Shown here: in pieces, positions 29,261 through 39,350 of the stretch | Position numbering within the stretch: position 1 is the stretch's first letter | Layout: each line of letters begins with the position of its first letter | Virus record (IMG/VR): IMGVR_UViG_3300003653_000051 | Span: 1-59,015 of that record | Source: a virus | Taxonomy: Duplodnaviria > Caudoviricetes | Length of the DNA: 59,015 nucleotides | Reading direction: 5' to 3' (one strand) | Notes under the pieces: generated by a model | What the model was told of the DNA's origin: nothing | Databases searched by the model: none | What the model saw: the letters and a program-made list of their open reading frames with translations, nothing else | Made by a program: the position numbers and the translations under genes

Positions 29261-31288
29261 TCAGGTGGTGACCGAGATGCCGCCGGGGCCGATCTCAGAC
29301 TGGGCGACGATGGTATCAAGGGTCATGAGCATGGTGACCTTGTGCTTGATGATCCAGATGCCCTTGGCTGCGAGGGCGGGGGTGTTGGGGCTCTTGTCAT
29401 CCAGGGTGTAGCTGTCGATCCGCTGGGCCTCCGGGTTGGAGGGGGAGAGCAGGTCGTTGAAGAACGCATCCGACTCGGAGAGCAGGGAGTCCTTCAGGGT
29501 TTGACGCCCCAGCATCTTGGCCATCTGGTTGTAGCGTGCGGCCAGGGAGTCCTGAACGTAGTCCGCGAAGCGGCGGCGGTTGATGTTCGTCTCCCCCGTC
29601 GTCAGGCTGGTGGTGATGCCTGACTGGAGCAACGGGCCTACCACGCGATCCATGCGGAGGGCACAGATGCCCGCCTGCTTGAACAGGATATAGTCGTTCA
29701 TGTCCAGCGTCGGGGTGCCACGCTGGTATCCGATGATCGCGGAGAAGCTGGTGGGGACAGGCTCCGCTGCCTGCCCAGGGTTGTACTCCGGGGGCAGCTT
29801 GCTGAAGAGCGATGCGACCCAGGTGTCCATCGTCACGTCGATGACCCCATCATCCGTGGTGGTCCCATCCGAGCAAGCGACGACGATGCCCACCAGCTCT
29901 GGGATGAAGGTCCGGCATCCCGGCCAGGAGTAGATCACCCGCTCCGAGCGAACCGCACCTCCAGTACCACCGACCCCTGGAGCCGCAGAGCCCAGGACGA
30001 CGGACTTGGAGAGCGTGGTCAGCGTCGGGGAGATGATCGTGGTCCGAGACAAGCCCCGCGCGGATGCGTTGAGGCAGTGGAGCCGGGTGGCTGCCTGAAT
30101 GGTGCTGTCCTTGCGGGCGCAGATCACCACGGAGATGACGTTGGTGGGCGTGTCATCGTTGAGCAGAGCATCCAGCGCAGCCCCGTATCGGAGACGGATC
30201 AGTGCGGTGGTGGATGGGTTATCCGCATGGACGTTGGCGTCGTAGGTGAGCCCCGTGAGCGGGTGCGTTGAAGCACTGAGCCCAGAGCTCGGACCCCAGA
30301 AGGTGTCCGAACTTGCCGTCGGAACAGGGAAGGGCGTGAGATCCGTAGCAGCCGCGATGTCGCCCACACCAGGGCGGGCCAGCACCGTGTACCCAGCCAC
30401 AGTGACCCGAGCTCCAACGCCAGAGTCCGCATCCGATGCAGCGTGAACGCGGAATGCCAGGGCAGCACCCGTCCGCCAGTCCACGGTATCCGTGAAGGCC
30501 GACCCATCCTGCTTCTGGACCGTGATGATCAGGCCGAGGGCATCAACGACCGTGACACGGAGGGTGCTCGCCAGGGCGCAGTCGCCATTCTGGGTGCCCG
30601 CCGCACTGGTGAGGCTGCCCACGACCACCGCATCACCGACGACCACACCATCCGTGATGAAACTGCCCGCAGCGCGGGTGATGGTGCGGGTGACGCCGCC
30701 GACCACAGAGGCAGTGGTCCCGTCGAGCCCGACAGACTTCGGTGCCTTGCCCGTGAAGTTCACCGCCTGTGCGAGATAGGCCCTGTTGGCACCCGAGCGG
30801 AACTCGTAGCCCGCGGGGATGCTGGCACCCGAGCCAGGGACAATGGGGGTGGTGTCCGTGGCCGAGCGGTTGGTGGGAAGGTCGCGCCAGACCCGGATGG
30901 CAAACTGGGTCGCGGAGAGCGGGCGGATCAGATCCACCGGCATCACCACCAGACGGGAGAACGCCTTGTTCCGCACCTCCGCGAAGAGGTTGCCCATCTC
31001 CGCCCCGAACTTGCCGAGCTTGGAGTCCATGCCCCCGATCCGGTTGATCAGGTCAGAGCCGCCGTAGACCTCCGCAGGCCGAAGGCTGGAGACCACCTCC
31101 CCGGAGGTGTTGACCACGCAGGTCTGGCTCATGTCGCTGGCCTCCCCCACCACAGCAACCACGCCGTAGCTAGCCCCGCTGATGCCACCAGGAACCTTCT
31201 GGTCCACGATGACAACACCCTCGATGGCCGTGAGCTCGTCAGTGCCTGGGAAGTAAGAGAAGCGTCGGATGAAACCAGCACCAGCCAT
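29261..31288 (-). CDS. contractile tail sheath protein
   Basis: C-terminal GITT...NINRRRFADYVQDSL...FFNDL...IDSY sheath signature. Confidence 0.88.
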   Translation of the reverse strand: MAGAGFIRRFSYFPGTDELTAIEGVVIVDQKVPGGISGASYGVVAVVGEASDMSQTCVVNTSGEVVSSLRPAEVYGGSDLINRIGGMDSKLGKFGAEMGNLFAEVRNKAFSRLVVMPVDLIRPLSATQFAIRVWRDLPTNRSATDTTPIVPGSGASIPAGYEFRSGANRAYLAQAVNFTGKAPKSVGLDGTTASVVGGVTRTITRAAGSFITDGVVVGDAVVVGSLTSAAGTQNGDCALASTLRVTVVDALGLIITVQKQDGSAFTDTVDWRTGAALAFRVHAASDADSGVGARVTVAGYTVLARPGVGDIAAATDLTPFPVPTASSDTFWGPSSGLSASTHPLTGLTYDANVHADNPSTTALIRLRYGAALDALLNDDTPTNVISVVICARKDSTIQAATRLHCLNASARGLSRTTIISPTLTTLSKSVVLGSAAPGVGGTGGAVRSERVIYSWPGCRTFIPELVGIVVACSDGTTTDDGVIDVTMDTWVASLFSKLPPEYNPGQAAEPVPTSFSAIIGYQRGTPTLDMNDYILFKQAGICALRMDRVVGPLLQSGITTSLTTGETNINRRRFADYVQDSLAARYNQMAKMLGRQTLKDSLLSESDAFFNDLLSPSNPEAQRIDSYTLDDKSPNTPALAAKGIWIIKHKVTMLMTLDTIVAQSEIGPGGISVTT

Positions 31289-31356
31289 GAGGAAAACCTC
31301 CAGGAGTCAGGGAAGGGTGCCCCATCGGGCAGGTGTTCGGGCAGACCGTAGCAGAA

Positions 31357-31980
31357 TCAATCGGAAACCTCTACCACAGCCCTGGGGTCTAGCCTCGGGA
31401 GAACGAACCTCCGCGCCTTGGGGCTGTGTGAAACGATGGAAAACAGGAGCTTCCTGTAGCGACGTGCGTTGTCATCAGGGCTGTCCTCGTAGGTCATCCG
31501 CTCTACAGAATAGACGGCGCGGAGGTTGTAGTAGTGGGGCATCTCCAGCATGAAGCCCGTCATCCACTCCACAGGGTCCAACGCATCCTCCACCATCATC
31601 AGGGCGTTCTCCCTGATGGCATCTTCATCTGTCCAGATGTGAACGCTCAGGGTTTGCTTGATCTCCCCCGAGCCCATGATCGCACCCCCCTCGGGGTCAT
31701 CATCCGCTGGGGAGTACAGCATCTGGAACGAGGCATCGTCGGCCCCGTAGTCCACGGAGCTCTCTGGGAACACACAGGCTGCTGGGTAGTCCGCCAGGGT
31801 TTCCGGTTCCGCTTTCATGATCAGAACCTTCTTCAGCTTGAAGGCCAGCCCGCCAGAAATAGGGAAAGTCAGACTGCGGAGGTACTCTCCCAGAGCAATC
31901 ACAGGTGCCTTAGCAGCCGAGCAGGTTCTCCGGGAGGAAACCCTCTGCTTGTCCCCTGGCTCTTGGATCAGTCTGGTCAT
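31357..31980 (-). CDS. tail terminator / neck protein
   Basis: Synteny upstream of the sheath; YPAACV motif. Confidence 0.6.
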   Translation of the reverse strand: MTRLIQEPGDKQRVSSRRTCSAAKAPVIALGEYLRSLTFPISGGLAFKLKKVLIMKAEPETLADYPAACVFPESSVDYGADDASFQMLYSPADDDPEGGAIMGSGEIKQTLSVHIWTDEDAIRENALMMVEDALDPVEWMTGFMLEMPHYYNLRAVYSVERMTYEDSPDDNARRYRKLLFSIVSHSPKARRFVLPRLDPRAVVEVSD

Positions 31981-32582
31981 CCCAGCCTCTCCGACACCAT
32001 GCTAGCACCCTTGGTGCGCACAGCTTCCGCCACAGCACGCGCCATGTATTCCAGCATCCTAGCCTTGAAGATCTCAGCCACCCGCAGAGCAGACCGCTGT
32101 GTGATGGTCCTGGGCTTCAGAGCCCAGACCTTCCGCTTCTTCATGGCCTGGGTGATAGCCCATGTCATCTGCCTTGGGGTTAGCGGACGGCCCTTGGAGT
32201 CGTTGAACTGGATCTTCCGTGCCTTGATCCACTCCTCGATCCTATCTATGGCCGTCCTCCCGATCCTCAACTTCGCAGGGCGTACCCCTGAGTTGATGAC
32301 ACCTGCGTAGGGTACATTGTTGTAGAGGTGTACTGACAGATCATCCCTGTTGAAGTCTACCTCCCACCCCATCACAAAAGTCCCAGTAACGTGTGGATAT
32401 GTGCCAACGGAATAGGGGGAGTCTGATGCGGGGGGTGCATCCCATGTGCGAGATGCCAGCACAGGTATGCACTGTCGCGCGGCTACCTTCATGGCCTTGG
32501 CGATGGACTTCCTGAAGCCCTGTGCCAGTGCCATCTCAAACCTGCCCATGCTTCTCATGGGCACCTTGAATCGGACGGTCAT
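31977..32582 (-). CDS. neck / tail-completion protein (HK97 gp10-like)
   Basis: TGTF..GW...NNVPYAGVINSGVRP; basic protein. Confidence 0.65.
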   Translation of the reverse strand: MTVRFKVPMRSMGRFEMALAQGFRKSIAKAMKVAARQCIPVLASRTWDAPPASDSPYSVGTYPHVTGTFVMGWEVDFNRDDLSVHLYNNVPYAGVINSGVRPAKLRIGRTAIDRIEEWIKARKIQFNDSKGRPLTPRQMTWAITQAMKKRKVWALKPRTITQRSALRVAEIFKARMLEYMARAVAEAVRTKGASMVSERLG

Positions 32583-33115
32583 CCTGGAACTCCCCCCTGC
32601 TCCCGATCCTTACCCGCTCGGACCAGTTGAACGGTCCACTGGAGTGCCTCTGGGTCGTAGGCTGGGATTCCGCTCACCATGAACCTGCGGCGGTGTGGGT
32701 TCTCTCGATCCCCCCTCATCAGGATGATCTCCCATGAGAAGGTTTCGTTGCCAGGGATCTGCCCGCCCATGGGATCAAAGCCCATGAGCTGGTGCTCTGT
32801 GTACTTCGGGGAGATCTCCGAGACGCGGAGGCTTCCCGCCTCATCCATCCCGATGTCCAGGAGAACACGATTCACAGAGCTGATCGGGTCCACCTTGGGG
32901 GTTGGAACAATCTCCGTGTCCTGGATGACGGTCTCGACCCCCTCACCCCGGCTCTCCCCGCTCCAACGGGTCCGTACCATGAAGGCGCGGTAGGGGCGCG
33001 CACCCAGGTCTGTGAAGAGCTGGCGTAGATCATCCAGCATCCCATCCGTGGCCAGCTCCCCTAGAAGGGTGCCAACCCACTCTGACTCGGGGGGACGCCG
33101 GATGTCGCTGGCCAT
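32579..33115 (-). CDS. head closure / head-tail joining protein
   Basis: Synteny; beta-rich; likely start ATG 33115. Confidence 0.6.
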   Translation of the reverse strand: MASDIRRPPESEWVGTLLGELATDGMLDDLRQLFTDLGARPYRAFMVRTRWSGESRGEGVETVIQDTEIVPTPKVDPISSVNRVLLDIGMDEAGSLRVSEISPKYTEHQLMGFDPMGGQIPGNETFSWEIILMRGDRENPHRRRFMVSGIPAYDPEALQWTVQLVRAGKDREQGGVPG

Positions 33116-33116
33116 C

Positions 33117-33539
33117 TCAGTGTTTGACCTTGAGGTTGGTGACACCGCCGCTGCCCATAAAGGCGGAAGCGTAGGGGTAGTAGGGCTGGCCTAGCTCATC
33201 CGAGAGCTTCATGGCCCAGCGAACATACTCCCGCTGGATCAGGTCTGTGGAGGTCATCCCGTTCTGCGCGCCGCGCATCTTGATGGCCCCGATGCTCTCC
33301 ACCGTGAGGTAGGACACCGCCTTCAGGAGCTTCACCTCCAGCCCCTCCAAGATGCCCAGGAGCTGCCGCACCCGAGCAACGCTGTGCTCCGTGAGGTGGT
33401 CCATGGCGCTCTCAATCAGGAAGGCACCCTGCATCGGGATCACCATCCCGAAGGCGTAGACCGATACCGCACTGGTGCCGGGAAAGCCCAGATGCCTTCT
33501 GGTCATCGCCTTCTCTGACTCTGTGAGGAGGTAGGACAT
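33117..33539 (-). CDS. head-tail adaptor protein
   Basis: LTESEKAMTRRHLGFP N-terminus; position after the MCP. Confidence 0.6.
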   Translation of the reverse strand: MSYLLTESEKAMTRRHLGFPGTSAVSVYAFGMVIPMQGAFLIESAMDHLTEHSVARVRQLLGILEGLEVKLLKAVSYLTVESIGAIKMRGAQNGMTSTDLIQREYVRWAMKLSDELGQPYYPYASAFMGSGGVTNLKVKH

Positions 33540-33545
33540 GGGCCC

Positions 33546-33869
33546 TCAGACTACTTCGATCTCGGGGTAGGGCTCCAACTCTACCTGCTGCTGCTGGAGC
33601 TTCAGGTAGATGGAGTGGTCCCGGATGATCTTGCCAGGGGAGACGTAGGTAGTGCCCCCGTGGATCACCACCATCTTCTCCTTGAGCACCCGCCATGCCT
33701 TCACGATCTTCTGCGGGATTGGCTCCGGGATCTCTACAGCACAGACAACCGGCGCTTCCACCTGTGCCTCCGTGACCTCCGCCAGATCACGGATGTACTC
33801 CGCTTGGGGTATCAGAGCAGTCTGTGGTGCCTTGGTGATCTCGTGGTGGCTGTGGTGCTTCTTGCCCAT
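33546..33869 (-). CDS. hypothetical virion-associated protein
   Basis: ORF between the MCP and the adaptor. Confidence 0.6.
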   Translation of the reverse strand: MGKKHHSHHEITKAPQTALIPQAEYIRDLAEVTEAQVEAPVVCAVEIPEPIPQKIVKAWRVLKEKMVVIHGGTTYVSPGKIIRDHSIYLKLQQQQVELEPYPEIEVV

Positions 33870-34045
33870 GAAGGTCGGAGCCTACCAGTCAGATGCATGG
33901 GAGGGAAGTGGCGATGCGTAGTGACAGGCCGCAGAACCAAACCAAGAGGGGGGATGATCTGGCTCTGCGACCCATCGGGGGCGAAGGTGCTGGAAGCCAT
34001 CTCCCAGACCGTCAGGGCTTGGCTCCGTGTTACCGGAGCTAGTGC

Positions 34046-35443
34046 TCAGGAGTCGAAGCCGTGGGCGCACACGATGGCGCGCTTCATCCGGGCGGGGGTG
34101 CCAGTGGCCGCGTCGGTACGCATGGGCCAGTCACCGTCGAAGCGCCAGGAGGTGGCCACCATGTCCTGAAGGCGGTTGAGGGGGGCGCGCATGATCAGCT
34201 TGACACGCTCCGAGGAGATCTCGATGCCGTTGTTGTTGACCTGGACATCGCCCATCTTGCCCACCATGCCCGCCTCAGTGATGAACTGGGCCGGATCCTG
34301 GTAGTACTCGTAGATCGCACCGAAACCGCTGAAGAGCATGCGATGCACCTCCATGCCGGTCGCCGTCCCATCGCGGGTCAGCTCGGGCGCGAAGGCGTCA
34401 TCCAGGCTGAAGGTGATGCCGTCCGCGGGAGCAACGGTGAGCTTGGTCGGAACCTCGTTGTTGTCCACGAAGATCACGCCCAGCATCTTGCCGATCACGA
34501 AGTCCGTGTACATGTAGTTCTCGGGACGGCCCGTGAGCATGCGCTGGATCTCAGTGTCCGCCATGAGCGCGGCGAGGGACACCGGGCCGATGTGTGCATG
34601 GTAGCAACCAGACGGATGCATCGGGATGTTGTTCCGCCGGAGCCGCATGATGCAGTTCCTGATGTCCTGAAGCCGGGGGAGGTCCGTGACACCCAGGTCA
34701 TCCACCTTGTTGCCGCCGCCGACGTAGACGATCTCCGAACGGTCCACCGACTGAACGAAGTCACGATCACCCCAGACCGCGACCGCATCCAGGATGAGCG
34801 TTCCCGGGCCGATCTCATCGCCCGACGTGCTCGGGGTGAAGCCGACCACGTTGCGAACCGTACCCGCGATGCTGATCTGGAGCGGGTTGCTGGAGCTGAC
34901 CGCCGAGAAGCGAACACGGGAGCCGTTCGTCAGGCTGGGGTTTCGCGACTTCGTGAAGCCATTGAGGCGCTTCACGACAAGGCTGGTGGACCCACCGCCT
35001 CCCTGCGCGCCGTTGGTCACCGTGGAGCCCGACTCCGCAGCGTTGTAGAAGCGGTTGCGGACCAGACGGTTGAGGGTCTGGGCAGCCTGGAGCCCGAGCT
35101 GGTGGCTGTTCCGCAGGAGCAGATCCACGATCGCCTGCACCGAGGTGGGGATGTTCGTGTCGATCGTCCCGGCGTAGGTGTTGAGCTGGGCTTCCCACTG
35201 CTCGATCGTGTAGCTCATGGGCTCCGGGTCCGTACCAGGACGGAGCGGACGGCCACTCGGCGCGATCAGACCAGGGGCCGACGCGATGTAGGTGTCACCC
35301 ACACCGGCAGGCCACGGGGAGGCCACCACGTCTCCGCGATAGATCATCGAGGGGAAGAGGGCATCATGGAACGCACGCTCCAGGAAACCCTCCTGGACGA
35401 TGGCGCGGACTTCTGGGGTGGCGATGATGTTCGAGAAATCCAT
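34046..35443 (-). CDS. major capsid protein
   Basis: 465 aa, very strong codon bias, follows the scaffold; P-domain-like C-terminus RAPLNRLQDMVATSW. Confidence 0.85.
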   Translation of the reverse strand: MDFSNIIATPEVRAIVQEGFLERAFHDALFPSMIYRGDVVASPWPAGVGDTYIASAPGLIAPSGRPLRPGTDPEPMSYTIEQWEAQLNTYAGTIDTNIPTSVQAIVDLLLRNSHQLGLQAAQTLNRLVRNRFYNAAESGSTVTNGAQGGGGSTSLVVKRLNGFTKSRNPSLTNGSRVRFSAVSSSNPLQISIAGTVRNVVGFTPSTSGDEIGPGTLILDAVAVWGDRDFVQSVDRSEIVYVGGGNKVDDLGVTDLPRLQDIRNCIMRLRRNNIPMHPSGCYHAHIGPVSLAALMADTEIQRMLTGRPENYMYTDFVIGKMLGVIFVDNNEVPTKLTVAPADGITFSLDDAFAPELTRDGTATGMEVHRMLFSGFGAIYEYYQDPAQFITEAGMVGKMGDVQVNNNGIEISSERVKLIMRAPLNRLQDMVATSWRFDGDWPMRTDAATGTPARMKRAIVCAHGFDS

Positions 35444-35505
35444 ATTACTTGCTCTTTCTCCGGGGTCAGGGGGGTTTCTGGCCCCATCGAATCAGTTGCG
35501 AATCC

Positions 35506-36270
35506 TCACACCATGGAGGCGGGGTTCTTGTAGCCCTTCTTGCGAAGGTACTCCTGGTACTCCGCCCTGGTCATCTCATTGGCCTGCTTTGGCTGGGACA
35601 GTGCCGCACCTTCCGTGCGTACCTCGCCCGGAGGCATACTCCTTGGAGCCCCGCCTCCGGGGGTAGAGCCCACCTCCAGCTCTTCGATCTTCCGCTCCGC
35701 CTGAGCCTGGAGAACCTGCTGGAAGATCCCAGGCTTCTTGGCCCGCAGATCATCCTTCAGGTACTTGGCCGCATCGAAGCTCTTGGCATCCGTATCCGAG
35801 AGCTTGCGGTAGTGCCCGTTGAGGTGGGACAGAGCGTAGTCGATCTCCTCGCCCTGGACCCCAGCCTCGTAGGCCATCTGCCGAAGCTGACCGTCGTTCT
35901 CCAGGACGGAGATCCGACTGCGAAGACCCTGAATCGTCTTCCGAAGCGTGACGTTCTCTGCCTGGATGGCAGCATCCGCCGCACCCCTATCCAGAGGCTT
36001 GGGGGTGGGCTTGCCGCCAGGGCCCGCCTTCATCATCGCTTCCACACCCTCAAACCCGAGGGCCTGAGCGCGCTTGTTGTACGCCTCCATGACAGAGGCA
36101 CGTCCCGCATCCCGATCCGTCTTGCGCTCCTCCGACCGTGCCTTGGCATTGGCGGAGGGGAGCGGAGCACGCGGAGGTGCCTGTACGGCCCGCTCGGCAG
36201 GTTGTTCGATGTCGGTAACAACCTCGTCGATGAGGGCCTCGGTCTCGGTGAGCTCGGTTTCGTCTTGCAT
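35506..36270 (-). CDS. capsid scaffolding protein
   Basis: Acidic N-terminus, coiled coil, KPGIF, C-terminal ANEMTRAEYQEYLRKKG. Confidence 0.75.
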   Translation of the reverse strand: MQDETELTETEALIDEVVTDIEQPAERAVQAPPRAPLPSANAKARSEERKTDRDAGRASVMEAYNKRAQALGFEGVEAMMKAGPGGKPTPKPLDRGAADAAIQAENVTLRKTIQGLRSRISVLENDGQLRQMAYEAGVQGEEIDYALSHLNGHYRKLSDTDAKSFDAAKYLKDDLRAKKPGIFQQVLQAQAERKIEELEVGSTPGGGAPRSMPPGEVRTEGAALSQPKQANEMTRAEYQEYLRKKGYKNPASMV

Positions 36271-36305
36271 GATCAGTGTCCCCTCTTCCAGTTCTTCTTG
36301 TCAGA

Positions 36306-36782
36306 TCAGCCGTTCGAGGGCCAGATGGTGGTGACCACATCGAACTCGGGGCGCGGGATGTACTGGATCACGAACGCCGTGATCGTGGACGGGAAGGTCA
36401 GCGTCTTGCCGTCATCCGAAAGCAGGGCGACGCCAACGACGGTTGAACCGAGGGGGGAGAGCAGGGCAGAGCCCGCATCCCCGATGGCGTAGGTGCCCAG
36501 GCTGTTGGCCGTGCCCGAGGCCGTGACCCGAACGGTCTTGACCGCATGGATGGCCGGGAGGTTGTCCGAGAGCCCGCGATCAAGGCCCACGATCGTCGCC
36601 GCAAGGCGCGATGCGTTCGTGGTGATGTCGATCGCAGCCGCAGCCGAGAGGCCCACGAACGTCACCTTCACAGGCGCAAGCACGTTGCCGAGCTTCACCT
36701 TCTTCAGGGCGTTCATGAACTGGTTGAGGTTGCAGAAGTTCAGGATCTTCTGAAGCGTGATGTCAGCTACGGTGATGGCCAT
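36306..36782 (-). CDS. putative capsid decoration / structural protein
   Basis: Strong codon bias like the MCP; Ala/Thr/Gly-rich; GGGAGAG RBS. Confidence 0.55.
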   Translation of the reverse strand: MAITVADITLQKILNFCNLNQFMNALKKVKLGNVLAPVKVTFVGLSAAAAIDITTNASRLAATIVGLDRGLSDNLPAIHAVKTVRVTASGTANSLGTYAIGDAGSALLSPLGSTVVGVALLSDDGKTLTFPSTITAFVIQYIPRPEFDVVTTIWPSNG

Positions 36783-36796
36783 GGATGCTCTCCCTA

Positions 36797-37180
36797 TCAG
36801 GCTTTCTCACCGAGAACAATGTAGACCTCAGTGTCTACGGTTGCCTCTCGGGTCAGATCAATCGCGGTGATGTTCACATCATCACACCGCAGAATCAGGA
36901 TCGGGTCAACTGGCAGGCTCTGTGTCTGGCCCTGCGAGCTAGTGATGCGTGCGCGGACATAGCCCCCCGATGCACGGATGCACAGGAAGTTCACCGCACC
37001 CAGGGTGCCCAGGCTCACCTGAACCACATTATCTGTGCTCAGGGTGAGGTTGGTGGAGAGCTGCCGCTTCAGGAACACCTGCTCGTTCAGGGTGAGCACG
37101 ATGGACGGCTCCCCCGAGGGGCTACCTACCGGGTTGGCTACCGTGATCGACCCGTCAAGCAGAAGACGTTGCTGTGCCAT
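36797..37180 (-). CDS. hypothetical structural protein
   Basis: Beta-rich; TGATG-coupled start at 37180. Confidence 0.55.
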   Translation of the reverse strand: MAQQRLLLDGSITVANPVGSPSGEPSIVLTLNEQVFLKRQLSTNLTLSTDNVVQVSLGTLGAVNFLCIRASGGYVRARITSSQGQTQSLPVDPILILRCDDVNITAIDLTREATVDTEVYIVLGEKA

Positions 37181-37623
37181 CAGGTGAGCTCTCCTGCCCG
37201 CCAGAGCCATGCACCCACCAGGATGGGCTCCACTTCCGCGATCTCACCCGCCAAAGCCTGTGCGACTGCGATGGCATCCTCGGGGGCGATGCTCTTGAGC
37301 ATCTCCGGGAGGCCGTCACCCCAACCATCCACCAGCTCCAGAATCTTGTCCGCCATGTCCTCGGGAAGCTCCTGGTCATCTGCCAGGAGAATCGTGGGCT
37401 CCATCGTCTGAACCGACTCCTCGATCTGAGGAAGATGGTTCCTGGTCAGGGTCACGATGTTCTCAAGCTGCTCCGGGGACAGGGCCCCAGAGCCGCTCCC
37501 CAGAGCTTCCGCTCGGCTTGGGTCCAGCTCCTCATGGGGAACCGGATCCTCCTCGGGCCCTTGAGGGGGCTGTCCGCGAGGTGTCTGACCTCGGGACCAA
37601 GCTTGCATGTCAGGTGGTGGCAC
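37180..37623 (-). CDS. acidic hypothetical protein
   Basis: Glu/Asp-rich ORF in the head module. Confidence 0.6.
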   Translation of the reverse strand: MPPPDMQAWSRGQTPRGQPPQGPEEDPVPHEELDPSRAEALGSGSGALSPEQLENIVTLTRNHLPQIEESVQTMEPTILLADDQELPEDMADKILELVDGWGDGLPEMLKSIAPEDAIAVAQALAGEIAEVEPILVGAWLWRAGELT

Positions 37624-37655
37624 TACGGTAGAATCCTATAACATGCCTGGGTGTG

Positions 37656-37919
37656 TCAAACGTCCCCGGTTTCGTCCCAGGACTCGCCAGCCATGATCCT
37701 GCGTGCCAGATCCACAGAATCGAAGACGGGGCCGTCATCAGGCTCGACCCCGAGGTCACCATAGGGGTTCCCCTCCGAGATGAATTTTATCAGGGATGCC
37801 ACGTCCTCCACAGGGTCCATGTCCCGTTCCAGGGCATGAAGCTGGGGGGGTGCGTTCTTCAGGACACCATCGGGGGGTGCCACAATACTGTGGGTCGTCA
37901 CGACCTTTGTGTGGATCAT
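37656..37919 (-). CDS. hypothetical protein
   Basis: Likely start MIHTKVV at 37919. Confidence 0.5.
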   Translation of the reverse strand: MIHTKVVTTHSIVAPPDGVLKNAPPQLHALERDMDPVEDVASLIKFISEGNPYGDLGVEPDDGPVFDSVDLARRIMAGESWDETGDV

Positions 37920-37938
37920 CGGTTCGCCACGGAGCCTT

Positions 37939-38526
37939 TCAGACCTTCGCCGCCCGAGGTGGCGGGCGAAGACCTCGGATGTGCGTCGCACCTGCCTTCA
38001 CGACACTACCAAAAGCCTTCACGGCTTCAATGGGGTGGCGGAGGGACGTGCCTGCAATCTTGGCCAGACCCGCACCGAATCGCGCCGTCTGGGCAACCTC
38101 ATGGCCTGCACTCCTAAATGCGCCAGCCACACGAGTCCCAACCGCGCTGTCGCCGTGGTGCGCTCGCATGGCAGCAGTTGCACCTTGAAGAGCAACGCCG
38201 AGTCGCTGGCGCATCGTAGTCTTCACGCCCGCTTCCGCCGCGTGCGCCTTGAATATGGCATGACCCATGCGAGCACCACCAGGGGCTGCTGCGAGTGCCC
38301 TCCCGCCCTTGTGGAGCCCATAAGCCGTAGCGGCAAGCATGGCAGCTCCGATGAGCTTGCCCTTGTGCTGCCTGAGTTTGTCGAGGACAGAGCCCTTGCG
38401 GATCATCATCCCCGAACTTCGCAGCCCCACCTTCTTCGGGTTGGCGCGGACCCACATGGTCCTCATGATGGTCTTGCCCTTGACCCTGACAGCTACCTTC
38501 TTCGCAACCAGTCCTGCTCTAGCCAT
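37939..38526 (-). CDS. leader-array protein 1 (basic; leader + hydrophobic helix)
   Basis: MARAGLVAKKVAVRVKGKTIMRTMWVR. Confidence 0.8.
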   Translation of the reverse strand: MARAGLVAKKVAVRVKGKTIMRTMWVRANPKKVGLRSSGMMIRKGSVLDKLRQHKGKLIGAAMLAATAYGLHKGGRALAAAPGGARMGHAIFKAHAAEAGVKTTMRQRLGVALQGATAAMRAHHGDSAVGTRVAGAFRSAGHEVAQTARFGAGLAKIAGTSLRHPIEAVKAFGSVVKAGATHIRGLRPPPRAAKV

Positions 38527-38528
38527 AA

Positions 38529-39350
38529 TCAGCTCACATTCCTGCGGTTCAGTAGCCCGCGCCGAGCGAAGAGTCGATCAAACTCTTTGGCGATGGGTGC
38601 GAAGTCCTTGTCGTCCCACTGCGCGTGCATGTTACCGAGCTGTCGCCACTGGTCCCCAAACGCTTTGGTGTCGTGCTGAACAGCGCCCCCCGCATGGTGG
38701 CCCACCCACTGTGCGTAGCTTCGGGCGAATAGCTCCGCAGGCATCAGAAGGTACTCCGCGCTCCGCTTGGCGTTGGGCCAGTCGTTCTTGATTGCGGCTT
38801 CATGCCGCCCCATGAGCTGCTTGGCTGCATCACTTTTATAGATGGCGGTCATCAGCCCCTTGAGCTCCTTGGAGCGGCGCATGGTGCCCATGCCCCTCAG
38901 ACCGTCCTGTCCCGACACCCCCCCAGCCCCGAATAGGTTGTGATCCAGGAAGTGCCCATACTCGTGCGCGGCGATACCCGCATGTCCCTTGGCCCACTTG
39001 GAGACTTTGATCTCAGGATCGCGGAGCATGTACATGCCCCCTGCCCCGCCGAGGGAGCCTGTGACATTCATCTTGATCTTGAGCAGATCCTTCGGGACGG
39101 TGTGGACCTGCCCGATGGCATGGACCGCAGCATCAACCCCGTGGTTGGCGGTCTTGGAGAAGATCATCCCGTAGCTAACGGAGATCCTCTCCTTGGGGTG
39201 GATTCCAGGGTTCACAACCCGCTGCTTCTTCTCCACACCCGAGCTGATACGGATGGGCTCCTGGTCCTTCACCCAGTAGGTACGGCGTGTGTCCCCCTTG
39301 GGGCCGTGCGCCATGAGCACCTTGCGATGAAGACCAGGGTGGCCGCTCAT
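38529..39350 (-). CDS. leader-array protein 2: leader + zincin metallopeptidase domain
   Basis: MSGHPGLHRK...RRTYWVK; HEYGHFLDH and ELFARSYAQW. Confidence 0.8.
   Translation of the reverse strand: MSGHPGLHRKVLMAHGPKGDTRRTYWVKDQEPIRISSGVEKKQRVVNPGIHPKERISVSYGMIFSKTANHGVDAAVHAIGQVHTVPKDLLKIKMNVTGSLGGAGGMYMLRDPEIKVSKWAKGHAGIAAHEYGHFLDHNLFGAGGVSGQDGLRGMGTMRRSKELKGLMTAIYKSDAAKQLMGRHEAAIKNDWPNAKRSAEYLLMPAELFARSYAQWVGHHAGGAVQHDTKAFGDQWRQLGNMHAQWDDKDFAPIAKEFDRLFARRGLLNRRNVS

Noticed and set aside
34061-35533. Long + strand ORF antisense to the MCP (similar shadow ORFs at 2486-3667, 40219-41628, 48205-49350, 52305-53414)
   Set aside because: Expected shadows of GC3-biased genes; no motifs or RBS
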